Source: a virus. From it: 64,000 nt of DNA. The position numbers and the translations under genes are program-made. A model generated the notes under the pieces. That model saw only the letters and a program-made list of their open reading frames with translations. It did not search any database and had not been told where the DNA came from. Shown one piece after another: positions 20,016 through 29,092 of this stretch. Each line of letters starts with the position of its first letter. The first letter of the stretch is position 1. Where the stretch lies: positions 1 to 64,000 of IMG/VR virus record IMGVR_UViG_3300047369_000529; one strand, written 5' to 3'.

Positions 20016-23000
20016 ATGCCAATACCTATTAATTTAAAGCAGATTTTACAGTCAGATACTCAGCAAGAGAAACTAGATAAAATCAATTATAACTTTGATC
20101 AGCTTATTGCTAATGGAGGAGGACCTATGGGTGCTACTGGTTCAATTGGCGAAACCGGTGCACAGGGTGTTACTGGAGATCAAGGTGCACAAGGAACCCA
20201 AGGACCACAAGGAACCCAAGGACCTGCAGATACAAGTACTAATTCGCAATGGAAAGACGCTAGTACATGGGCAAATGGAAATCTTAATATAAAAACCATT
20301 ACGCCTATTAATAGCGAAGGTACACCCCAGGATAATCCCCCCACATCAGTACTTATAGGATTTGCTTCTAACGATCCAGAATATAACGAAAATATAAGCT
20401 TAAGTAATTTAGGAGGAGTTTTAAACATTAACAAAAACTCTAATTATTCATTTTCAAATATTAGGTTATTTTCTGAAAAAAATTACGATCAATATTTAGA
20501 TATTAATCTAGAAACTGATTCAGATACATCTACTAGTACTATAGAATTTAAGTTTAACTCTGCAGGAGGCACCGGAGAATTTAATTATTCAGCTGATAAA
20601 TTTAAAGTTAGTGATTTATCTGGAAATGAAATGATGTCGATTGACTATGCTAATGGAGTTTTATTTACAGGCACTCTAGTGGCTTCTAGTTCAGCTGAAT
20701 TCGTAGGAAGTATATTCAGAATCAATACGGCTGATCCTTCTAACCCTACTCCAAATGATCCTGTCGATGGTAAAATAGCAGTAGCTTTAGATTCAGATGG
20801 AACTATCGGTTTTAAAACTCCGGGAGAAATAGGAGCAGGTATACCAATAGGTACTATAGTCTCATTTTTAGATGAGGTGTATGAAAGCTCTTCTAATTTT
20901 GAACAGTCTCAAACAATATCTGATATGTCAGTTGACCCTACATTAATTCAGATAACAGTAGGGAGAGGAATTGCAGGAACAGACTACGAAGGATGGTATT
21001 TGTGTAATGGACAAACGTGGACAAATGGTACTGTATCATATACTGTACCTAATTTAAATTCATTTCAGTTTAATGTAGCGACTAACGCTGACTATATAGT
21101 TTCTCCACAAAATAGCGAAATACCTAATATTTTAGGAGGTGGTGAATTATCTATGACAAGTTCTAATAATAATATAAGTACTACGCTCGATACAGACACT
21201 ACTGACATTTGGTTAGAAACTAGTAATGACGAAAATAACACGGAGTATAAACTTTATAAAAATCCTCAATTAATATATTTAGGGGTAGCAGATTTATATT
21301 ATAATGTAACTGCTCCTCCACCTGTTAATATACAATTTATAACCAATGCTAAATTTATTACAGGCGAGTCAGCTCCTTCAGGAATTGCTGATTTAGGCAC
21401 TCTAAGAACAGCTGTTGAATCCTTTAAAATATCTCCTAGCCCTACAGGTACGTTTATAAACCCTAATAGCATAGGCCTAGAACCCAATAAACCTGCCTTA
21501 ATGCGCATTGAAGTAGCGGCTAAACCATATACAGGAGAACCGGGAGGCGGAGGTTTAAACAATACTAATAGCAATACGGGTGCATATAGTTGGTTTGTTA
21601 ATTGGAATGAAAGACTATATCCAGATAGTAGTAATTTAGCTAGTGGAGTTGGTATAGGTACATGGAATGATAAAGGAAATTATAACACTGCAACAACATA
21701 CAGCCAGGGAGATGTGTTCCATTACGGCGGACGTTGGTATACTTTAGCGAAGGGATTAAATTCATTTAATGAAGATCAAATGCAAGGGCTTCCCACAGAT
21801 GGTAGTTTTAATCCATATAATGCACGAGTTCAATCTTCATGGTCTAAGTTTAATAATACCACACAGAAGTATTTTTATAGCTTACCAGACGCATCTGACG
21901 ATTCTTCCTCTCTTTATAATCTAGCACCTTCTAATCATGGTGCATGGGTAAATGATCTTCCAGGTCAAGACGATATGTGCCCTACCGAAAAACAAGGCGC
22001 ATATCATCGCAGTATAACTAGCGATGCTCAGGGTAATACAACTGGACATGCATTCTACAATGCAGAAACTAACAGTTATGTATATCCTCCGCAAATGGTA
22101 GCCAGTTCCGGAGATAGTCTTACTAGTTCTAAAGGAGCATACACACAGCCCTTTCAAATACTGATAGATCCTGTGAGTAATGGTGGAACTTCTCAAGTAG
22201 CATTTCAAATATTACCCGTTGTAAATAGTTTTAATATTGCTGAAATACAATCGTTATACCCATCTTTAAATATAGATTCTAGCCACTTAGTACAGTATGT
22301 AGATCCTTACACTTATACTGAAACCTTAGACTGGTGGACAGAACAGGATGTTCAACATACTGTACCTGGCGCTAATGTTGTTTATACATGGGCCTTAAAC
22401 GGAAATTATGATGTTTTAGGAACTAACAATGGGATGACGGCATGGAATTCAGTTCATTCATGGAGACCGTATCAACAGGATACAGATTTTAGAAGATATG
22501 AAAAAGTAATAATGACGGTTTTATTAGAACCTGATGTTGTCAATGATATACTTAGCATAGATCCTTCTCAACAAATAAAAGTAAGGTTTGGACACTATGA
22601 TGATGATTCAGGTACTGGCAGTGATACCATTCCTTCTAATTTTCAGCCACTAGGTAAATCAAACAGTAATGCGTTGGATGAATTCGATCCGAATGACGGT
22701 TTCGAAGGTTCATATAATTATAATCTTACGACCACTAATTCTACTTTTAGCGTAAGTGATTTTAATGTTGGAGCAGGAAACGGAAGTGATACAGTATATT
22801 ACACTATATCAGGTAATCCGGGAACTCCGATAGTGGAAACACCTCATACTAGTTTAATCATTACACCTAACGCACCAGATTCAAGTGGAAATGGATCTAT
22901 AACAATAGAGTCAGATATGGCTTGTTCCCCAATTGCTCTGGGCCTGACCGGCCAGTCGTTTACTATCCGACATCCTAATAGCAGTAGTACTTCACTTACA

Positions 23001-23237
23001 TATACAGGAAACATAACACCTGAACAGTGCCCAGTAGTACAAACTAGAACTCATACGTTCACTAACTTAAATCTCTATGTAGGCGGCGGAGGCAGCTACA
23101 CTGATTCAGGTGGAAATCAACAATCATTCATTTTAGCAGGCGGCGCCCAAAGAAGCTTCTGTGCAGAGGTGGGTAGTACATCTACGTATCCCCCGGGTCA
23201 GATAACTACGTCAATCGGCAATACAATATGTTACTAA
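20016..23237 (+). CDS. tail fibre protein, paralog of upstream fibre
   Basis: Shares K.DKIN.NF..L...GGP.G, collagen and PIG.IV...WYLCNG..W...PNLN with 16624..19956; divergent C-terminal half. Confidence 0.7.
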   Translation: MPIPINLKQILQSDTQQEKLDKINYNFDQLIANGGGPMGATGSIGETGAQGVTGDQGAQGTQGPQGTQGPADTSTNSQWKDASTWANGNLNIKTITPINSEGTPQDNPPTSVLIGFASNDPEYNENISLSNLGGVLNINKNSNYSFSNIRLFSEKNYDQYLDINLETDSDTSTSTIEFKFNSAGGTGEFNYSADKFKVSDLSGNEMMSIDYANGVLFTGTLVASSSAEFVGSIFRINTADPSNPTPNDPVDGKIAVALDSDGTIGFKTPGEIGAGIPIGTIVSFLDEVYESSSNFEQSQTISDMSVDPTLIQITVGRGIAGTDYEGWYLCNGQTWTNGTVSYTVPNLNSFQFNVATNADYIVSPQNSEIPNILGGGELSMTSSNNNISTTLDTDTTDIWLETSNDENNTEYKLYKNPQLIYLGVADLYYNVTAPPPVNIQFITNAKFITGESAPSGIADLGTLRTAVESFKISPSPTGTFINPNSIGLEPNKPALMRIEVAAKPYTGEPGGGGLNNTNSNTGAYSWFVNWNERLYPDSSNLASGVGIGTWNDKGNYNTATTYSQGDVFHYGGRWYTLAKGLNSFNEDQMQGLPTDGSFNPYNARVQSSWSKFNNTTQKYFYSLPDASDDSSSLYNLAPSNHGAWVNDLPGQDDMCPTEKQGAYHRSITSDAQGNTTGHAFYNAETNSYVYPPQMVASSGDSLTSSKGAYTQPFQILIDPVSNGGTSQVAFQILPVVNSFNIAEIQSLYPSLNIDSSHLVQYVDPYTYTETLDWWTEQDVQHTVPGANVVYTWALNGNYDVLGTNNGMTAWNSVHSWRPYQQDTDFRRYEKVIMTVLLEPDVVNDILSIDPSQQIKVRFGHYDDDSGTGSDTIPSNFQPLGKSNSNALDEFDPNDGFEGSYNYNLTTTNSTFSVSDFNVGAGNGSDTVYYTISGNPGTPIVETPHTSLIITPNAPDSSGNGSITIESDMACSPIALGLTGQSFTIRHPNSSSTSLTYTGNITPEQCPVVQTRTHTFTNLNLYVGGGGSYTDSGGNQQSFILAGGAQRSFCAEVGSTSTYPPGQITTSIGNTICY
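20189..20224 (+). repeat. 18-bp tandem duplication within collagen coding region
   Basis: ACAAGGAACCCAAGGACC twice, encoding QGTQGP QGTQGP. Confidence 0.8.
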
Positions 23238-23241
23238 TGAT

Positions 23242-24048
23242 ATGAAAAGTATAACAAGTACATATAAACTATATAAAAATGCAATTCTTTTTGGAGGACT
23301 AGCAATTCTAATATTTTGTCTTTTACAACAGTGTAATTCTAATCAAAATTTGAAAAGAGAAATTCAGCAAATTCAAAAGGTATCTGATAGAAATTTAAAT
23401 AATTATAAGGCCTTGCAAGATACTATTGTATTAGAGAAAAACAAAAACAAAGATTTGGTTTCAAGCATAAGATCATTTGAGTATGATGTTAATACTCTAT
23501 CTGAAAAAAATAAAAACCTTATAAAAGAATATAATAGGCAATTAAATATTAATACAGAATTAGAAAACGTAAATAGTCTTTTGTCAACTACGATTAATGT
23601 AAAAGATTCTATTATAAATGCAAGCGGAGCAGTTACAGTCGTAGAAGACACTATTAAAATTAATGTAGCTGACGAAAATAAATTTGATAAATATAACTGG
23701 AGAAGGTTTGATGGTCAAATATCACTTTTAAGAGATAGCGGACAATATAGTCTTTTTTCTTCCCGATTTAATATTGAACAGGGAATTGGATTGAGTGCAG
23801 CTATTATAACAGATAACGGGTATGATAGACTTAAAATAAGTACACCGTACGAAGGTATAACTTTTACTAATATTGAGAATATTAATTTAGTAAACGATAG
23901 ATTAAATAAAAAATATGAAAAAAGGGCAGGATGGTCAATAGGTGTTGGATTCCAATATGGACTTAACCTTAATAATAACCAGGTAATTAGTACTGGTCCT
24001 TCAATAGGATTAGGTATTTATTGGTCACCTAAATTCCTTAGATTCTAA
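23242..24048 (+). CDS. membrane-anchored coiled-coil protein, candidate spanin-like lysis protein
   Basis: N-terminal hydrophobic helix with Cys (AILIFCLLQQC), coiled coil, C-terminal amphipathic beta hairpin ending in Phe. Confidence 0.45.
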   Translation: MKSITSTYKLYKNAILFGGLAILIFCLLQQCNSNQNLKREIQQIQKVSDRNLNNYKALQDTIVLEKNKNKDLVSSIRSFEYDVNTLSEKNKNLIKEYNRQLNINTELENVNSLLSTTINVKDSIINASGAVTVVEDTIKINVADENKFDKYNWRRFDGQISLLRDSGQYSLFSSRFNIEQGIGLSAAIITDNGYDRLKISTPYEGITFTNIENINLVNDRLNKKYEKRAGWSIGVGFQYGLNLNNNQVISTGPSIGLGIYWSPKFLRF

Positions 24049-24062
24049 AAAAATAAATAAAC

Positions 24063-26120
24063 ATGGCACAATCATCAAAATTTTTAAGACTTGACGATGA
24101 CATCCTAATGGAGTTCATGTATCACGATCAACATGTTGATTATGTTGATGATGCAAGAATAGAGAACGACGATAATGGAAGTCAGTTTAAGTTTTTAAAC
24201 ACTGAAGTAAATAATCCATCTGCTTCTAGGTTTTTAATTCATGAACTTGGATCTGACGTTGTAAATTTTAGCGTAAAGGTAATAAATGGATATGTTTACA
24301 TCAATGATTTTGCCTCTAGACAGCTAGTATTAAAAAACGGAAAAACATATAAATTTGATTTATCAGATGCTTCTATTGATAACATTGCTGGATTTTCAAT
24401 AAACGGTTCAACTACACAATTAATAGGAAGTACATATATTTATACCCCAGGGTTAAATGGTAAATTTGAATATACTTATCAAAACCTATCAGGAGAAATA
24501 ATAAATGGAGGAGAAATAAATGTAGGTAATAGAGCTAATCCTTTATTTGCTGAACCAGAACAAGAAACTGGCAATAGTATCAAAACAGCAACAGGTGAAG
24601 TGGGAAGATATTATGCAGTACCTTCTTCCTTTGACGGAAAATGGGGATTATTAAAGAATGACTTAGCGTATTTAGATAGTTCTGAATGGAATGGAACAGA
24701 TTCTAGCCTTTCAAATGTAAGCGACACAATAGTGGATGCAGTCTATTATGATACAATACGATTACACTTAAAAACTGGATTTTCATTCGGAGCTAGAGGA
24801 AAAGAAGGTTTCATGTTTCAAGTAAAAGTTAAGAGACAAAACGGAACAGAAAATTATTTTACCTCTATTGTATATTTAAATCATTCTAACTTTGAAATTA
24901 GTAATCCTAATTCCTTTGTACTAGGAGATACTTCATACTCTAAATACATTCAGATTAAAATTCCTTCGTTAATTCACATGGAGGATAGTACGAAGAATGA
25001 AGATTTTAATGAAGCTTTTTTTGGAACAGGCGTAGATTCTATTTTAGATGGCACAAATTACGACATTAGTTTAAAACTAATAAATTCAATCACTGAAGAA
25101 GCTGGTATAGAATATATTAACGTAGAAGACACAATAGACGTAACTGTTGCTAGAGAAGATGAATACTTAGATTTAGCCGCGAATATAGAAGAGGTAGAAG
25201 ACATGGACTATTTTCAAGTCTATGGAACTAAGGATGGATCAAGACAAGGTTTTGAGAATTATATAAACACTAGATTACAAACCACTAGTGATGATATAAT
25301 TATTTTTCATGACATAGAAGTTAGCGAACAAATAGGTTTAGACTTTTTAGATACTTCATTTATGACATTTACTCAAACCGCAAATTATGAAGCTACTATC
25401 CCTTTCAGACCTATTATATTTAATGCAAATATCGCTAGTGCGTTTTTTATAAGACACACTATGAGAATTTATAACGAAACTGATAATACACAAATTATTA
25501 AAGTTTCTACTATGACTTCTACAAATACCAAAAAGTACGGTACTAGGATGGAAAAAATAAACCTTAGAAACGTAGATCCCACTATAATATACAATAAGCT
25601 TCCTAATACCACTGTGAATAGAGAGCTTAACCAATTTGTGAACTCTATAAGACCTACGGTAGGAGAGACTAAATATGTTCCTGTCGCTTTAGAAACATAT
25701 AATATAAGTGCATCTACTTCTAATGTCAATACGGATTCAACTGAGTCGGAAGAATTAGATAAGATAAAATTCTATGGAAAAGGAAAAACTACTTTAAAAT
25801 TATCTAAAGTTTCAGATAATTTTATAAAGTTTAATATGGTGCAAAGTTCTAAAGAAGGTAATAAAGCAGTATCTCTTGTAAGTGCTGAAAATATAATTTT
25901 AGTTATAAAAAGTGGGAAAACAGAACAAAGAATAGCTCATGACCCTTCATTTCCAAATATAGATTTAGGGCTAGGAGAAGTATTTTTTAAAGTTCCAAGA
26001 TCTACTGCAGTAAGATTTGATCAAGCAGACACTAATAAATTTTCAGATAAGTTTTATATTAACATAAAGAACGGAGAAACTGAATCCCTGCTTTATTACG
26101 GAAAAGTAAATATTATATAA
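24063..26120 (+). CDS. putative virion structural protein
   Basis: 685 aa, beta-rich, coupled to the tail-tube-fold gene. Confidence 0.45.
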   Translation: MAQSSKFLRLDDDILMEFMYHDQHVDYVDDARIENDDNGSQFKFLNTEVNNPSASRFLIHELGSDVVNFSVKVINGYVYINDFASRQLVLKNGKTYKFDLSDASIDNIAGFSINGSTTQLIGSTYIYTPGLNGKFEYTYQNLSGEIINGGEINVGNRANPLFAEPEQETGNSIKTATGEVGRYYAVPSSFDGKWGLLKNDLAYLDSSEWNGTDSSLSNVSDTIVDAVYYDTIRLHLKTGFSFGARGKEGFMFQVKVKRQNGTENYFTSIVYLNHSNFEISNPNSFVLGDTSYSKYIQIKIPSLIHMEDSTKNEDFNEAFFGTGVDSILDGTNYDISLKLINSITEEAGIEYINVEDTIDVTVAREDEYLDLAANIEEVEDMDYFQVYGTKDGSRQGFENYINTRLQTTSDDIIIFHDIEVSEQIGLDFLDTSFMTFTQTANYEATIPFRPIIFNANIASAFFIRHTMRIYNETDNTQIIKVSTMTSTNTKKYGTRMEKINLRNVDPTIIYNKLPNTTVNRELNQFVNSIRPTVGETKYVPVALETYNISASTSNVNTDSTESEELDKIKFYGKGKTTLKLSKVSDNFIKFNMVQSSKEGNKAVSLVSAENIILVIKSGKTEQRIAHDPSFPNIDLGLGEVFFKVPRSTAVRFDQADTNKFSDKFYINIKNGETESLLYYGKVNII

Positions 26121-26680
26121 TGATTTTAAACAGTAGAAATAATCTATTTAATTTTAAATTCCCTAGAACCTTCGTACCAAAGGAAGTTAGAGATAAGTAT
26201 ATACCATACTTAAATAAAATGCCAGGAAATTTAATAAGTGAACCTATTGATTTTGTAAACTATTCAATACAAGGTTTGTCAATGCCAGGTATAAATTTTG
26301 ATCCTATACAACAATCCCCTAACGATGGAACTATAACGTATCATAGGGGTTCTATTCCAATACAGAATACTGTTGAAAGACAATTTTCAATAGAATTACA
26401 ATTACTTGACGGTTATATTAACTATTGGATAATGCAAGACACTTTATTATATTACTACTCAAAGGAAAATAGAGATCCATTTATCAACGATTTAAAACTA
26501 CAAATATTAGATTCAGAAGGAATACATGTGATGAGTGCGGTATTTGAAAAACCAATTTTAAATTCTATTAGTGAATTGGAACTAAGTATGTCAAGCAATG
26601 TTGCAGATTTTTCTACGTTTACTTTAAATTTTTATTACAATAAGTTTAACATTATCTTAGAAATAGACGAAGATATATAA
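26120..26680 (+). CDS. tail tube terminator/completion protein, T4 gp3-like
   Basis: F.F..P...QGLSMPGI...NYWI....LQILD...F......IS.L....F...F.Y pattern of the gp3/gp19 tube fold; 186 aa. Confidence 0.6.
   Translation: MILNSRNNLFNFKFPRTFVPKEVRDKYIPYLNKMPGNLISEPIDFVNYSIQGLSMPGINFDPIQQSPNDGTITYHRGSIPIQNTVERQFSIELQLLDGYINYWIMQDTLLYYYSKENRDPFINDLKLQILDSEGIHVMSAVFEKPILNSISELELSMSSNVADFSTFTLNFYYNKFNIILEIDEDI
26671..26679 (+). promoter_or_regulatory. putative late promoter AGATATATA
   Basis: 23 bp before 26703. Confidence 0.5.
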
Positions 26681-26702
26681 CCTAATAATTATAACAAGTA
26701 AC

Positions 26703-27071
26703 ATGAAAACATTTTTTGAATATTTAGACGATAAAAACGTAACACAAGATGAGATCCAAATATTACAGGAATCTTTACAATCTGAATGGACTGATGAGTT
26801 AGAAGAAAAGGTGGATGCGGCTTTAGAAGAGTTCACTAAACAATACGCCAATGAAGACGGAACATTTGATTTTGAAAGATTTAATGAAGAAATTACAAAT
26901 GAAGGTTTCTTGGGTTCTATTTTTGGTGGACTTACTGGTTTTGCTTTAGGTAAAACAATAGGTAAGACGGTTGCTAAAGTGTTAGGAATTCAAAAAGGTA
27001 TATTTTACGATTTATTAACTTCAAGATTAGTTGGTGCTGGATTAGGCGCTGCTATCGGAAAACAATTTTAA
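26703..27071 (+). CDS. putative capsid-targeted precursor of a glycine-zipper membrane-active peptide
   Basis: MKTFFEYL start, acidic first 67 aa ending ITNE, then hydrophobic/cationic GxxxG-rich 55 aa. Confidence 0.5.
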   Translation: MKTFFEYLDDKNVTQDEIQILQESLQSEWTDELEEKVDAALEEFTKQYANEDGTFDFERFNEEITNEGFLGSIFGGLTGFALGKTIGKTVAKVLGIQKGIFYDLLTSRLVGAGLGAAIGKQF

Positions 27072-27072
27072 T

Positions 27073-27741
27073 TTGAATTACGTTTCAGTAGATTTTTCTT
27101 TAAACTCTCCAGGGATATGCATATATCAGGAAGACACCAATAAGTATCATTTTATTTCATATATAAAAGAAGGCCAAGGCACTAAGAAAGAAAGAGCATG
27201 GCAAGAAGATATATCTCATTTAAAGGGAGTTACCCTTATTAATCAACCCGACTGGGGAAAACATGGTGCAGATTATTCAAGCGTTGAATTAGCAAAGATA
27301 AAAAGGTATGCTAAAACCGCAGATGACATTATTAATTTAATAACGGGTATTACAAAAACAAAGAAGCAGTATATTATTTCCTTCGAAGGAACTTCTTTTG
27401 GTTCAAAGATGGGAACTAATAATATTATAGATATGGCTGCAGGCGCAGCAATACTTAAAGAAAGAATGCTAAGTCAACTTGAAATATTAGACATTCAAAC
27501 CATTGCTCCCACTACAATTAAGAAACACGCTGGAAAAGGAAACATGAATAAGTCTCAATTATGGGATGCCTTCTTAAGTAATGTATTAAGAGATCAAGTT
27601 CTAGCAGAACACTCTCTTTTAGATTTTTGTGTGAAGGAAATTGGACCTTCTAAAAAAATACCAAAACCCTTTGACGATTTAGTTGATGCATACTTTTTAA
27701 CTCATTTTGTTAGAGCAAAGATGTCGACCACTGAAGATTAG
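27073..27741 (+). CDS. RuvC-like Holliday junction resolvase
   Basis: VSVDFSLNSPG, ISFEG, PTTIKK..GKGN..K, DDLVDAY: RNase H/RuvC acidic tetrad; TTG start. Confidence 0.75.
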   Translation: MNYVSVDFSLNSPGICIYQEDTNKYHFISYIKEGQGTKKERAWQEDISHLKGVTLINQPDWGKHGADYSSVELAKIKRYAKTADDIINLITGITKTKKQYIISFEGTSFGSKMGTNNIIDMAAGAAILKERMLSQLEILDIQTIAPTTIKKHAGKGNMNKSQLWDAFLSNVLRDQVLAEHSLLDFCVKEIGPSKKIPKPFDDLVDAYFLTHFVRAKMSTTED

Positions 27742-27820
27742 ATTTACCACTGAGGCTTAAAGGCTTAAGTTATACTTACTTTCTCCCATAAAGTTTCATA
27801 ATTTAAAAGATATATAAAAC

Positions 27821-28012
27821 ATGAGTAAAGAAAATAACATTCCACCTGTTTATTTACTAAAGCTTAAAGAAATTTTAAGCGATATGGTAAATCAAAATAG
27901 AATATCTGAAAATGAAATGGTAGATATTTTAAGAAAAGCTGGTTTGGCAAGGCTTCCAAATTCATCTTCTAAGTGGATTGACGAAACAGGCGCTACGTAT
28001 TCTGATTCATAA
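27821..28012 (+). CDS. hypothetical protein
   Basis: 63 aa ORF directly downstream of an AGATATATA motif. Confidence 0.5.
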   Translation: MSKENNIPPVYLLKLKEILSDMVNQNRISENEMVDILRKAGLARLPNSSSKWIDETGATYSDS

Positions 28013-28062
28013 CTCATCCCCCTACCCCCACAATACGAATATATAGATTAGTTATTTATGTG

Positions 28063-28089
28063 AAACCTTTTTGGAATCTCGTATATAAC
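28063..28089 (+). promoter_or_regulatory. putative pre-replicative promoter AAAC-N16-ATATAAC
   Basis: Upstream of gp32; same spacing as other copies. Confidence 0.5.
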
Positions 28090-28144
28090 TATTGAAAGTT
28101 TTTTAAGATTAAAGACATTAACGTAAATTAAAGTAATTAAAGAC

Positions 28145-29092
28145 ATGGCAGATTTTGACATTTTTAACCTCAGCGTCTCAGACGTTGAAACTCATGAAAC
28201 AAAGAGCTCAAGCTCTACAAATGAGATCTACAAACCATCCGCAGACGATGGTAAAGACGGAACTTACAAAGCACTTATTCGTTTTGTTCCAAACCCAACA
28301 AACCCTAGAAATTCATTAGTTAAAAAGTATGTACACTGGCTAACTGACGCTAACGGCGATGGAAGACTTATTGATTCACCTTCAACTGTAGGAGATAAGT
28401 GTCCAATTGCAGACGCATTCTTCAAACTTCGTAAGAGTGATTCAGCAGTAGACCGTAAAATGAGCGACAAGCTTAAGCGTAGAGAACAGTATTACTCTCT
28501 TATTAAAGTAGTGAAAGATCCTCAAAACCCCGAATTAGAAGGAACTTACAAAGTATTTAAATTCGGTTACAAAATTAAAGAAAAAATCGAGGAAGAAACT
28601 AAGCCTGCATTTGGAGAACCAACTCAGATTTATGACCTATTTGAAGGAAAGAACTTTGAACTTATTATTACTCGCCAGGGTGAATATAATAACTATGATA
28701 AGTCTAAATTCTCAGCAACTAGATCAGCGATTGCAGTAGATGGTAAACCTGCAGAAAGAAATCAAGAAGCTATGACAGCTATTAAGTCTGAATTAGATTC
28801 TGCACCTTCATTAGATCCTTACGGATATAAAAAGTGGGATGCTGAAACTCTTGATTTTGTTAACGGTATTTTAAGACAATACCTTAACCCAGGTTCTTCG
28901 ATAGACTCAGTTATTTCTTCTCCAAAACCTACTGCTAAAAAAGCAGCGGTTAAAGAGGCAGTTACAGCAGGAAACGATGCAGATTTTGAATTTCCAGAAT
29001 CAATGACATCTAAGCCTACTAAAGCTGAAGCATCTACTTCTACATCGGATAGTGATGATCTTGATTCTTTCTTAGATGAAATCGGAATCTAA
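28145..29092 (+). CDS. single-stranded DNA-binding protein, T4 gp32-like
   Basis: ALIRFVP, CPI, KRREQYY..I.V.KDP.NPE.EG...FKFG.KI, NYDKSKF, acidic tail DDLDSFLDEIGI. Confidence 0.92.
   Translation: MADFDIFNLSVSDVETHETKSSSSTNEIYKPSADDGKDGTYKALIRFVPNPTNPRNSLVKKYVHWLTDANGDGRLIDSPSTVGDKCPIADAFFKLRKSDSAVDRKMSDKLKRREQYYSLIKVVKDPQNPELEGTYKVFKFGYKIKEKIEEETKPAFGEPTQIYDLFEGKNFELIITRQGEYNNYDKSKFSATRSAIAVDGKPAERNQEAMTAIKSELDSAPSLDPYGYKKWDAETLDFVNGILRQYLNPGSSIDSVISSPKPTAKKAAVKEAVTAGNDADFEFPESMTSKPTKAEASTSTSDSDDLDSFLDEIGI

Noticed and set aside
20189-20224. Tandem repeat as a diversity-generating or phase-variable element
   Set aside because: Only two copies, fully explained by collagen G-X-Y coding; no reverse transcriptase or template/variable repeat pair seen.
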